Assembly: GCA_963514005.1 (NCBI GenBank)
Contig: OY740809.1
Span: forward strand, 13,268,001-13,332,000
Source of the DNA: Raja brachyura
Taxonomy: Eukaryota
Direction of reading: 5' to 3'
DNA: 64,000 nucleotides
A program made the translations under genes and the position numbers. The number at the start of each line of letters is the position of its first letter. The first letter of the stretch is position 1. Below, piece by piece: positions 25,401 through 37,755 of the stretch. Below the pieces are notes generated by a model. It had not been told where the DNA came from and made no database searches. It saw only the letters and a program-made list of their open reading frames with translations.

Positions 25401-25964
25401 GAGTGCGTAGAACAGGAATTGTCACAGACGCAGCACAAATGTTTGTGGAGGTGAGTTTCCAGCGCCTGCATCAGTGCCTGCATGTGCAGGGTGCCCCGCA
25501 GCACACATCCAGCAGGTGTGGAGACTCATTATTGTATTGCTGCATGACCTGACCACCTGAAGAAAGCAGTAAGTGAACTGCATGTAGATGAGAACTTGAG
25601 AGGCAGCATGCACAGGAGCAAGGAGATGAGAAGCTCCCTGCAAAACACCATCAGCCTTAACACCTGGCAGAGGAGGGAGACATTGACGGCGACATGGATT
25701 TTCATAAGGAGCCTACTAAATCAGAGCACCAATCCAAATATTGTCACCCTCTCCATACTCAACCCTGAACATATAGTCCACTGGCCAAGAGAGAGTCTGG
25801 ACGACACAGCCCGGACATGCTTCTTTTAGGGCCGCCACCAGCACTACCATCCCACAATTGTTTGCAGTGATGGGCAGCTTACTTCAGCGAGGACATGAAA
25901 GTTATATCAGAATTGTTCAAATGAGTGGAGATTCAGGCATTTGAAGGACGCAGGCACTTCCTAT

Positions 25965-26622
25965 GGTAAACGGGTCCCTTTCAGAATGGCAGGCAGTGAC
26001 TAGTGGGGTACCTCAAGGCTCGTTGCTGGGACCGCATCTATTTACAATATACATTAATGATCTAGATGAATGGATTAAAAGTAACATTAGCAAATTTGCA
26101 GATGACACAAAGCTGGGTAGCAGGGTGAATAGACAATAGACAATAGGTGCAGGAGTAGGCCATTCGGCCCTTCGAGCCAGCTCCACCATTCAATCTTCAT
26201 GAGGTTAATTCCCGGGATGGCGGGACTGTCATATGTTGATAGAATGGAGCGACTGGGTTTGTATACTCTGGAATTTAGGATGAGAGGGGATCTTATTGAA
26301 ACATAAGATTATTATGGGTTTGGAAACGCTAGAGGCAGGAAACATGTTCTCCATGTTGGGACAGTCCAGAACCAGTATCCTCAGTTTAAGAATAAGGTGT
26401 ACCATTTAGAACAAAGATGAGGAAAAACGTTTTTACACAGATAGTGAATCTGTGGAATTAGGTGGCAGTGGAGGCCAATTCTCTGGAGGCTTTCAAGAGA
26501 GAGTTAGTAAGATCTCTTAAAGATAGAGGAGTGAAGGGATATGGGATATGGGGATATGATCGGCTATGATCACAGTGAATGGTGGTGCTGGCTCAAAGGA
26601 CCGAATGGCCTACTCCTGCACC
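25965..26622 (+). mobile_element. CR1-type LINE RT/3' fragment with an internal inverted tail piece
   Basis: gtgactagtggggtacctcaaggctcg (SGVPQGS), agcaaatttgcagatgacacaaagctg (KFADDTKL), and 3' tail gaatggcctactcctgcacct. An antisense tail sits at 26128-26195. Confidence 0.85.
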
Positions 26623-26947
26623 TAAACTGAGGGATAATACCATCCCCTTTTCTCCCCCACCCTTCGACTGACACACAGGACCTCTCTTCTGGCATTTATC
26701 CCCATTGATGAAAATTTCAGATCCTCTTCAGTAGATCTAGTGCCTCTCCCTCTCTCTGCTGCAGCTTCTCTCTGCTCCACAGAAGCCAACATTGCATGTT
26801 GCCAGTATGCAAATGTCATGGGTAGTGTGCCTTCTCTATTGGGGTGCAGTACGTTGAACCCTACTGAGGGAAATCCCACTGGAAAACATATGCTCTCACT
26901 TTAGCACCTGCTTTAAGGTGTAAGCCATAACACTACTACTTCCAGCA

Positions 26948-27153
26948 AAACACAAAGTGCTGGAGTGACTTAGCGAGCCAGGCAGCATCTGTGGAGGAGA
27001 TGGACTGATGACATTTCAGGTCGGATCCCTTCTTCAGACTGAAGAGAGATCCCGACCCAAAACGTTGCCTGTCCATTCCCTCCCCAGATGCTGCCTGAGT
27101 TAATCTAGCACTTTGTGTTTAGCTCAAAGTTCCAGCATCTACAGTTCCTGTGT
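26948..27153. mobile_element. Second fold-back Penelope terminal-repeat element
   Basis: aaacacaaagtgct...cccttcttcag-a-ctgaagagagatcccgaccc...agcactttgtgttt, a palindrome centred near 27038. Confidence 0.8.
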
Positions 27154-28114
27154 CGCCACAATATTATTTCTAATCTGTTTCTGACCAATTACATGACATT
27201 TTGTGAGAGATGTGCTTGGGCTAGATTGCAATGTGTTGAAGGTTTGGTACAAAAAGGCACTGGTGGTTTACACAAAAGAACACAAAGTGCTGGAGTAACT
27301 CAGTGGGTCAGGCAGCATCTCCAGAGAACATCGATGGGTGAGATTTCAGGTTGGGATCCTCCTTAAGACTGCTACCGACCAATACAATTAGAAAGTTGCC
27401 TCCTGTCCCTTTTAGAGTGTGAAATCATTTTCCATGCAATTTGGAAAATTGTGCAGAGGAAATTGAAAAGCATGGTAATTTCAAACAGCAATTTTTACTC
27501 TGCTGCATCATCATAGATTTCACCCTACTTAATTAAATGAAGCAAGCTCACCATCAATCAATCACATTTACCCATTAATCTACCCATCTTATGATGAATA
27601 TGCTGGATCACAAATTTCCCTGTTGCCCTTAGAACTGATTGGACTATGTGATGGAGCAGAGCTACTTCTGTGTTTTGTTTAACCACTTTCAGCTGACAGC
27701 TGAGAAAGAAGAACTTGTATTTATATTGCTTTCAATTGTAACTATCATAATAACCTAGAACTACCTTCATTATCTCCTCTGAAATGTCCCAAGTACTCCC
27801 ATATAATTCAATCCTCTATGATGCTATTATTGCTGTAAAGGTGATTGCAGGAGTGTTATAATGCAGAGTTACATTCCACATATTAGATAAATGATTGCCC
27901 AACTTGCTTTTGTGGGGAAAAGCCGGCTGGGAGATACTGGGTTGAGTTATTTATCGTTCCTGTGCACTGCATTATTAGATTTACAGCAATGACTGATTAT
28001 CCACACACAGTCAGCAGTGCTTTAAACAACGGAGTCTCATGTTTGCAGGAATAGAGAACTTGTTCTAGCTGTATACATAATATAGTTGCAATTGTACATT
28101 CTATGCCACTTTGT

Positions 28115-28405
28115 TAGACTTTAGATTTTAGAGATACAGTGCGGATTCAGGCCCTTCACCCATTGAGTCCGTGCCGACCAGCAATCCCCCAGTAACTAAC
28201 CTACACACTGGGGACAATTATACCGAAGCCAATTAACCTATAAACTTGCACATCTTTGGAGAGTGGGAGGAAACCGGAGCACCCAAATAAAACCCACACG
28301 ATCACAGGGAGAACGTACAAATTCCCTGCAGACAGCATCTTAGTCAGGTTCGAACCCGGGTCCCTGGCGCTGCAAGGCAGCAACTGTACTACTGCGCCAT
28401 GTTGT
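28115..28405 (-). mobile_element. HE1-type V-SINE
   Basis: Same head, core and tail motifs as 15005-15305. Confidence 0.85.
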
Positions 28406-29445
28406 GGCAGGATTGGAGGGCAGTTTGAATCCAGAGAACTCAACAGAACCAATTTTACAAAATTCAGCACAATGTTTATTATACACTTGGTGTACTGACA
28501 GATGATAAATTTATAGCTAATTAAGTTTTGAATTGTATACACCATGGTAACCATGACTACATGCAATCATTAATTTATTACTCCCTTTACATTCATGCAC
28601 TGAATCCGGTAAAAAACTGTTAGTTTTTTTTACAGAAATAATCAAATAATCTTTAAATAATTGTGCAATCAACTTCTAAAAAACACACCTATTTTGTGGC
28701 TTTTGAGTGCAATAAGGAACTGAATTCTTGTATTTATAATTTTCAGTAGTAACGGAGAGAACTTTGGCCCATTTGACATCTCTGATTTGTGTTTAATATC
28801 CCTAAAGAGTAAGAATGAGTAACTAAACAGTTTATCAAGGAAAATAATTGGGGATTTAAGATTTTAGTTAGATGTATTTCATTGACAAAACAATGAAAAT
28901 GTTACATTACGTTAACTATCCTCGTTGCTGACAATTTACAATTTATTTTTTAGGATACAAATTGACAATTGACCTCTCCTCAATCATGAGAGTAGGGCCC
29001 TTTTAAATGGTTTAACCATACATGTTCGGAACAAACACAATTTAAAATCAGTGGTTGGCTCTTGAATTGTGCTATTGTGTTTTTCCTTCCACACTATTCA
29101 CATCACAAGTCTCTCCACATCAGTCACAGAGGTTAGTAGGACATATCTTTCTCTGGCTCTATTAATATCATGTAGCTCTCTATCTGAGTCAATGGCCTGT
29201 TCAGGAATCTAGTTATGTCACTCGCAAAGTTATCAGTGATACCAAGAGACAAGGCGTTGTCTATCATCAAAGATCCCAGCATCCAGGCCCTGCCCTCTTC
29301 TCACTGCTACCATGGGGCAGGAGGTACAGGAGACTTTCATACACACCATCTCGTTTAGGCACAGCCACTTTCCTACAAATATCAGATTCTTGACCTGCGC
29401 AACCGTAATCCTACCTCAGCAATGGAATACTACGGACCACTTCTT

Positions 29446-31520
29446 CAGGGCTGCCAACTCTCACGCAGCGAGCGTGAGACTCAGGCATTTGAAGAAATTC
29501 TCATGCTCCCACGCTGATGACAGAAGTCCTCTCGCTCAAAAAAAAAATTAAAAATATGTATAAATAAATAAAGTCATACTCCTCCATATACATCAATGAG
29601 AATAGTTTTCTGTTGGCGGGTTCCCCATAAAGAATGAGCAATTTAATTGGCTTAAGCCCATCGTACACTATTTAAAATGGCAATGTAGACAAAAATGCTG
29701 GAGAAACTCAGCGGGTGAGGCAGCATCTATATCTGAGTTTCTCTCTTCTTCAGACTCACCGAGGTACCACTCACACCTCCCACACTCACCTCCGGCGGCT
29801 CTGTGTCTGTCAGCCGCTCTGTCCACACCGCATAGAGTTTTAACCCCAGCCTGGAGCCAGGAGCGAACTGGGTGCGTGGGGGCGTCGGTGCTACCTCCGG
29901 AGCTGCGAGGATGGATCACGGTCTGTAGCTCCACTCCGATGCCCAACCCACGGGTCATTGTCCCTCACCTCCCCCGGATCCCTGGGTCACTGATCCTCAC
30001 CTCCCCTGGACCCCAGCTGGACACAGAGCACCTGGACCGGCCCGCATTCCCGGGGAGGGGGGGGGGAGAGAGGGAAATGCTCCCCGGACATCGCCAAGAA
30101 GTGTTGTCGCCACTTCACTGACATACACTCTCGCACACAACCTAACACACACCCTTACACACACACTGGCACACACGCAAGGTTTAGGACACACACGGAT
30201 AATTAGGACTAGTTTAGATGGGGCATCTTGATCTGCATGGACAAGTCGGGATGAAGGGCCTGTTTCCATGCTGTAAGACTATGACACACTGTGGAAAGGG
30301 TGCAATTGCTCTGGAGAGGATCCATGGGTGATTTATGAACATATTGGCAGGGCTGGATTTTTTTTTCAATTTGAAGAAAGATTTGATAACTGGGATTGTA
30401 TTCCCTGCAGCAACGGAGGTGAAGAAAATATTTAGTTGAGATAAATAATATTATAAGAAAAGGACCTGTTTCGCTTAACAAAGTGTGTAGGAAGGAACTG
30501 CAGATGGTGGTTTAAACTGAAGATAGACACTAAAAGCTGGAATAACTCAGCAGGACAGGCAGCATCTCTGGAGAGAATGAATAGGTGATGTTTCGGGTCG
30601 AGACCTTCTGACTGAAAAGGTTGAAAACCAGCCATAAAACACAATGCCTGGAGATGTGTGTTATCCAACTAAGGGCAAAAATCAGAATCATGTGATCATC
30701 TTTATTGACTTGACACCATAATATATTACAGAAAAAAGAATTTAATGGGGTGGCACGGTGGCGCAGCGGTAGTTGCTGCCTTGCGGCACCACAGACCCAG
30801 ATTTGATCCTGACTACGGGTGCTGTCTGTACAGCATTTGTACATTCTCCTTATGACCACATGGTTTTCTCTGGATATTCCGGTTTCTCCCACAACCAAAA
30901 GTAGTACAGGTTTGCAGGTTAATTGGCTTCTGTAAATTGTCCCTGACGTGTAGGATACAAGTGGTGTATGGTAGATTGCTGGTCGGTGTGGACTTGGTGG
31001 GCCAAAGGGCCTGTTTCCATATATATGTTTTACATATATATTTCTTAATTTAATTGAACCATGTATGGTTGAATATGTGGCATTATTTTCGTCTTGTTTC
31101 GATAGTCAAAGGGTAAGGTTGATTGATTTATTTGTGCAGACCAGTGATGGAAGTCTGGCTCCTCTTGCTTTGTTTCTATGTTTTTGTTTCTCTATATATA
31201 TGCATAACAGAATGAATTATAATCTGATTTCCATACATGAATACACTAAGGTCATTCATGTGCTGCACCTGTTGATCAGAGCCTGGCTCTACTGTGGAAT
31301 GTTATAAGGAATGTAATTTAGCCTAACCTTATTCATACCTAATCCAATTTGAAGCGTAATGTTGCATTCAAGTGTAAGTTAAACGACTCGCTACAGTATG
31401 CACCAGATTGCACAATTTAATGCTGAAAAATGCAAAAGTTCCCCACACCCTCCCCCCCTCAGTCGCTACACTCCCTCGCAATCTCTCACTCTTATCTCCC
31501 ACCCAATGTTCGCAGCCCTG
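29446..31520. mobile_element. Non-autonomous TIR DNA transposon with 7-bp TSD, carrying nested repeats and inserted in a Rex1-type LINE tail
   Basis: Left end CAGGGCTGCCAAC and right end GTTCGCAGCCCTG match at 12/13 as inverted repeats. ACTTCTT is duplicated at 29439-29445 and 31521-31527. The host LINE tail reads through across the insertion (ggacc-acttctt-gcactac). Confidence 0.8.
30746..31020 (+). mobile_element. HE1-type V-SINE nested in the 29446-31520 element
   Basis: ggggtggcacggtggcgcagcggtagttgctgcc...gggccaaagggcctgtttccat. Confidence 0.85.
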
Positions 31521-32812
31521 ACTTCTTGCACTACAATGAACTTGTTTTCTAATATATTTTTGCACTAATGTCTTGTTCTTTTTGCTGTGGTTTTCTTTTC
31601 ACTGTTGTGAGGAATTTATGTGTAATGTATGTTTTTTTGTGTTGCCTGTGATGCTTGCGCAGGCAAGATTTTCATTGTACCTGTACCTCACTGTGCTCAT
31701 TGCATATGACAATATGGTCCACTTGAGTTGATAAGTGGCTGACATCTTTAACCTCCCCCTACTCCAATCTGAGATTCCCACCCACTTTAAGATCACTCTC
31801 ACTTCAGTGCCAAACCAAAACAAAAGAGCATGCGTTAATGACTACCGCTCCATGAAGTGCCACACTTTGCCCCGCCTGTCCCCTTTTCCAGATTTGCTCT
31901 CCCCCCCCCCCCCCCCCATACAATTTGAACAAGGGCCTTGACCAGAAACATCATCTATCCATGTTCTCCAGAGGTGCTGCCTGACCTGCTGAGTTTCCTC
32001 TGCACTTTGTTGTGTATTAACTAGCATCTGCAGTTCTTTGTTTTTACAGGAAACAAGTGACTTAGACAGTGCTACTTGAAATGAAAAGTATGCTCTACTC
32101 ATCTCTGTCTGATATGACTGAGAATAGCATGGAAGAAAACAGCACGGTTGCATAATTTAAGAAGCAACTGCTCATTTCAGATTGCATTTGTTCAAAATAC
32201 TTAAGCATGTCTAAATCATTTAAAAGACTCCAAGTCTATATATACAGCTGATTATACAGCGGCAGTTTTGTAGGTCTCATATGTCTAATGCCAAAGTTAA
32301 CGCAGACTTTCGGAGACTGGTTGATCAGAAGATGATTTCTCTGGAGTCTAATAAACTATTCTTAATGAAATAAAGTTTCTGCTGAAAATACTACTGAATG
32401 TACAACATAATGAACACAGGCAGCAAAAGCATTCCTTGAAGGCTGTTAGGAAACAACATTCTTTGATCACTACTACACTGGTATTAGCAATGGTGTGATC
32501 AGCTTAATAAGGAATGCAGCTGTGTTCGGTACAGTGTGCACTGCGTGATACAAAATCACAGATACTTTGTGAGCTAAAGGTTGCCGCTTATTTTTGGAGA
32601 CTTGACAGATGTTCATAAATGACTTGCGTTACATCCTTATGATTCACAACCACACTGGAAGTCCTTGAGAGTTATTGCTGTGAATCGATGATCGTATTTA
32701 ACATTAAAGGAGTTCACTATTTATTCAACCTTAGAATAACACAGTGTTCTTAATCAAATGAGTGGGAGTATAATCATTTTGCAAGTTGTGGTTAACATCT
32801 GAAAATTCTTAC

Positions 32813-32848
32813 CTCAACATCAAGGTCAGAGTACCGCAATCTTCTCCT
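32813..32848 (-). CDS. ADGRB2: ADGRB2 36-nt microexon (RRRLRYSDLDVE)
   Basis: cggtttttacag|AGGAGAAGATTGCGGTACTCTGACCTTGATGTTGAG|gtaaga. It is a phase 0-0 exon homologous to BAI2 RKKLRYSDLDFE. Confidence 0.92.
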
Positions 32849-34219
32849 CTGTAAAAACCGAAATAAAAAATTAACATGTATTTGTAAGGTTCTGATTCAC
32901 AGTCTTCCAAAGATCATGCCTCATTTCAAACAGGTCATCAACTTGTCATCACATCAATATCCAGATAATGAAATTTTATGACATTCTGAGCAGTGCATTT
33001 TACAGTACAGCAAAATGTGTCTCAAAAGCGTTGGACTACAGAGTGATGATAGCACCACAATTTCACAGAACTCTGACGCGACTCCATCAAATGGAACAGA
33101 TTTTTTTTCTGGGCAGTGCACTTTAGGAAGGATTGTGCAGTCAGAGCGAACTACAGACTGATACCAGAGCAAAAAAATATATATATTATGGGGACAGATT
33201 ACATAATCATACATAATACACAGGTTACATTGCCTTGAACATAAAAGCTTAAGGAGTAATCTAACTGGGGACAATTGGAGCAGAGAGAAATTGTTTCCTT
33301 TGGTGATGAGTGCCAGACCAAGGAACCGTGACTTTGAAATTAGAGGCAGGTCTGCTCAGAAACTGTGTCAGGAAGCTCTTCTTTTCCTAAGGAGAAGTGG
33401 ACATTTGGAGCTCTCTCCCCTGGGAAGCAATAGCATAATTCCCAACTGGTGAGTGTTTGAGTTTGAGTATAGTTTATTGTCATGTGTACCGAGGTTCAAG
33501 GCCAATTTCTTTACACAGAGAGCAGTAGATGAGATGGTGCTGCAAGGGATGGTGGTGGAGGCAGATACATATTGGCGTTTAAGATAGGCACATGGATATG
33601 CAAGGAATGGAGGGCTATGATGCACAGCAGGCAGAGGAGTTTAGTTTACCTTAGCGTCACGTTTGGCAGGGGCATAGTTGCTGAAGGGACTGCTCCAGTG
33701 CTGTACTGTTTATGGTTCTACGTGTATTGAGATACTTAGAAACATAGAAAATAGGTGCAGGAGTATGCCATTCGGTCCTTCGAGCCAGCACCGTCATTCA
33801 ATATGATCATGGAAGATCATAAAGTCAGCTTTTTTTCCTGCTTTTTCCCCATATCCCGTGATTCCTTTAACCATAAGAGCTAAATCCCTCTTAAAAATTC
33901 TAACTCCCTCTTGAAAACAGTGGAAAGCTTTGTTAATGGAATAATAAATGAAGCAAGCATTTCTGAGCGTTTGGTGAGAGGCAGTTAAGAGGAGGAAGCA
34001 TCACAGGTCGCACCATTGCAGAAAGGCTGAGTTACGCATACTGGCCTTGGCAACGTCAGCAGGATGACACCAGCACAACACCTCACAAGCTAAACAAGAA
34101 AACCTGCAATACATTACTATATGTGTGATAAACAGACAAAACCAAGAGATCTCATAACCAGTGGAGTAGATTATAGTTCAGCGGTCCTACCACATCTAGT
34201 TGTGAATCATGGTGGACAA

Positions 34220-34690
34220 TTAAACAGATGATGAGGGATGGAGGATCCAAAAGCAGCCCCAACTCACCAAAGGTAAAGCCCAGGATGTAATGCTGAAAAA
34301 AGGTTGAAATATTCACAACCATGTTCAGCTGAATAGGTGATCGATCTTGGCTTCCTCCTTGTCGACCCACCATCACACAGTACAGTCTCCAGTCCATTTG
34401 ATTCACTCCATGTGTGCAGCCAGAGTTAATAATCTCACCACAACCCAACACCTTTCCATCATCTAGAAGGTGTAGATCAGGGGAGTGATGGAGCACCCTC
34501 CACTTGCCTGGTTGAATGCAGCTCCAACAATGCAAAAGAATTTCAATATCATCCAGGAAGGTCCAGACTGTCAACCACCTTGACCATACATTCCCTTCAC
34601 CACGCACCACGAGCACACAGTGGCTGCAGTGTGTACCTTCTACAAAGTACACTGTGGTTACGAACCCAAGGTACTCCACCATCAGGGAAA
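34220..34690 (+). mobile_element. Old L2-like LINE fragment
   Basis: cacttgcctggttgaatgcagctccaacaa...catccagga and cagtggctgcagtgtgtacc resemble an elasmobranch L2-like ORF2 C-terminus. Confidence 0.5.
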
Positions 34691-34934
34691 AGGGTAGCAG
34701 GCATTTGGGAAACAAAGAACTGCAGATGCTGGTTTACAAAAAAGGACATAAATAGTAATTTTGTGGTCCAGGCTGCATCTCCAGAGAACATCTCAAGGAG
34801 AAGTATCGGGTCAGGGGCTTTCCTCTGACTGATTCTGTCTGGGGGTGGGGGGGAGGGTTAAGATAGCTGGAAGAGAGGAGGGACAGGACAGAGCGTGGCA
34901 GGTGGTAGGTGAACACAGGTGAACGGGGGTTTTG

Positions 34935-35205
34935 ATAGCCCACCGAGTCCGCACCAACCAGCAATCCCTGCACGTTAACACTACCCTACACACAATAAGG
35001 ATAATTTAAATTTATACCAAGCCAATTAACCTACAAATCTGTAGGTCTTTGGAGTGTGGGAGGAAACCAAAGATCTCGGAGAAAACCCACGCACATCACG
35101 GGGAGAACGTACAAACTCCGTTCAGACAGCACCCCATTGTCAGGATCGAACCCGGGATCTGGGCTCTAGCGCTGTAACTCTACCGCTGCGCCACCATGCT
35201 GCCCT
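34935..35205 (-). mobile_element. HE1-type V-SINE
   Basis: ggagaacgtacaaactccg..cagacagcaccc and ctctaccgctgcgccaccatgctgccc. Confidence 0.85.
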
Positions 35206-35850
35206 AAGTTGCTGTTCCTCCAGTTTGTGCGTAGCCTAACTCTGGCATTGGAGAAGGTCCAGGACAGAAAGGTCTGTACGGGAACGGTAAGTGAGTTAAA
35301 ATGATTAGCAACCAGGTGGTCCAGTAGGCCTTGGCAGATCACACATGCATTCGGTGAAACGGTCGCCGAGTCTCCGCTTAGTCTCGCCGATATACAGGAA
35401 GCCACATTGGGAACATTGAATATGGTAGATGAGGTTAGAGGAACCTCTGTCTCACCTGGAAGGACTGCTTCGGTCTCTTTCTCGAGGCGTGGGAAGAGGA
35501 TAAATTGATGTGACATATCCTGCGATTGCAGGGTAAAGTAATTTTGGAGGGGGAGCCGATGCGGCAGAGGTCAGGGGAATTGAGAGTTGGTGATAGCATC
35601 TTTTCAGTCCATTTATCTGCACTACACCTCCTCCCACCCAGCCTCCTGCAAAGACGCTACCCCCTACTCTCAATTCCTCCGTCTCTGTCACATCTGCTTC
35701 TACGATGAGGCTTTCCATTCTAGGACAGCCAAAATGTTCTATTTCTTTAATAAACTGCTGTCATAGATGGATCCCTCACCAGCATCTCCTCTGTCCCGTA
35801 GTTCAGCTCCAGCTGCCCCTCTCCACAGATAGCACAATGTCTGCTCACCT
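35206..35850. mobile_element. Rearranged Penelope-like fragment (minus-strand GIY-YIG part joined to a plus-strand upstream part)
   Basis: 35206-35603 is antisense to the element at 1-800. 35615-35850 is sense and homologous to about 1-240. The junction forms an inverted repeat. Confidence 0.7.
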
Positions 35851-36339
35851 TGTCTTTTGACCAATTGCACATTTTTCCTCGCTCTCTCACTTTATACACG
35901 CACGTACACACACACGTAGGATAGTTACATTGCGAGTATTGAACTCGCTCAAACTGTTTGCTAGTTTGGAAGTAGTCACACAGCAACAATGTTCTTTTGT
36001 TTGTTAGTTTATATAGTCATCCATCCTTCAGTGTTGAACAAAGATATTGACAGATGGTGTCAGAAATGCGTTAATTAAACTATAAAAATTTAGAACCTTG
36101 CATAAAAAGGAAGACAACACACGGATGTTTATTTGAAGATATTAAATTGGGTAATCCAATGAGAAGCAGCATCATGCAATAAGTAAAGACGCTTACACAA
36201 TTGCCAAGTGAGATATGCAAAGAATGTGCTTAGCAGAACAAAGAGATTCTATTCTTTTCTGAGCCGCTGATGTGAGATAAACCAGAAAAGGCATAAACCA
36301 AAAGACAAAAGCAAAGCTGTGATTTCAATCTGACTGATA

Positions 36340-37140
36340 GAAGAACAGATGGTCGTGGTGGAGGGGTGCTTCACTGCCTGGAGGTATCTGACTAAAGGTG
36401 CTCCATATGGATTAGTGCCTTTGTTCTTTCATATATCATGAATGAAATGTACCTTGGCTGATACGTAAGTTTGCAGATAATACAGAAATTGGAGGAGTTG
36501 TGGATAGTGAAAAAAGGTTTTCCAAAATATAGACCATTGGAAATGTGGGAGGAGAAATTGTAGATGGAGTTTCATCAATAAGTGATAAGTGCTTGCCTTC
36601 ATCAGTGGGGCACTGAGTATAAATGTTAGGAAGTCATGTTGGGGCTGTCTAAAACTTTGGTTAGGCCACATTTGTAGTATAGCGTGCAGTTCCGATCGCT
36701 GCATTGCAGGAAGGATGCAGAGGTGTTGGAGAGAATACAGGAGAGGTTTACCAGGATGCTGCCAGGATATTAGCTATAAGGGGAGGTTGATCAAACTTGG
36801 ATTTTTTTTCTCTGGAGATGACATGTGAACTAATAGAAGTATATAAAATGATGAGAGGCATAGAATGACTTTTTCAAAGGGTGAAAATGTCAAATACGAG
36901 GGGATGGATGTAAGATGAGTGGGGGAAAGTTTAATGGAGATTTTTGAGGCAATTTTTTTACATAAACAGGGTAGGTGCCTTGAATGTGTCACCAAGGGAG
37001 GTGGAAGCAGATACAATAGCAATGTTTACAAGGCATTTAGACCATGTGCAGGCAGATGACATTAATTTAAAGGAGCATTATGGTCAACACTGACATTGTG
37101 GGTCGAAGGGCCAATTCCTGTGCTGTACTATTCCATGTTC
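36340..37140 (+). mobile_element. CR1-type LINE RT/3' fragment
   Basis: aagtttgcagataatac (KFADDT-like), ttggttaggccacatttg, and tail gggtcgaagggcc..tcctgtgctgta. Confidence 0.8.
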
Positions 37141-37444
37141 TGTATCAATTGTACCATACCACAAAAGCACTGTAGTGAAATCTTGAAATATGCAACAATA
37201 CATTGGCATTCTGCCTAGAAATGAAATAGTTGACAGTCATTGTTTTTTTTACAATCAAGAGCCTGGGCTGATAGTTACAGTTCTCAGATTTGCAGGATTC
37301 ATACACCAGAGATCGGTTTATTTATAGAATGTGGAGAGTTAGCTTGAAGGAAACAGCAGTGAGACAGAATTAACTTGGGAAAAGTGCAGAACTACTTCAA
37401 GTTAGAAATGCTGTGTGCCCAAGAGAGGAATAATAAGGGAGGAG

Positions 37445-37755
37445 GCAGGTGGTACACTGGAGCAGCTGGTAGACCGCTGCATCACAACACTAGAGACCCG
37501 GATTCAATATGACCTCGGCTGCTGTCTGTGTGAAGTTTATACATTTGCCATGAAATCCTTGTTTCCTCTGGGTGCTCCGGTTCCCTCCCACATCCCCAAA
37601 AACATGAGTGTTTGTAGGTTAATTGGCCGCTGTAAATTGTTCCCAGTGTGTCGGGAGTAGATGCAAAAGTGAGATAACATAGAACTAGTTTGAATGGGTG
37701 ATTGATGGTCGGCGTGGACCCAGGCAGCTGAATTTATCAAAACTAAAATCTAAGG
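37445..37755 (+). mobile_element. HE1-type V-SINE
   Basis: gggtgctccggttccctcccacatcccaaaa..tttgtaggttaattggc core. Confidence 0.75.

Noticed and set aside
29760-30110. CpG-rich block as a host gene promoter
   Set aside because: It lies inside the TSD-flanked 29446-31520 insertion, so it is better explained as transposon content.
30343-30354. TTGGCAGGGCTG as the right TIR of the 29446 element
   Set aside because: It has no matching TSD. The end at 31520 matches better and has the ACTTCTT duplication.
34152-34715. 187-aa minus-strand ORF
   Set aside because: It is the antisense reading of an old L2-like LINE fragment with no protein-like motifs.
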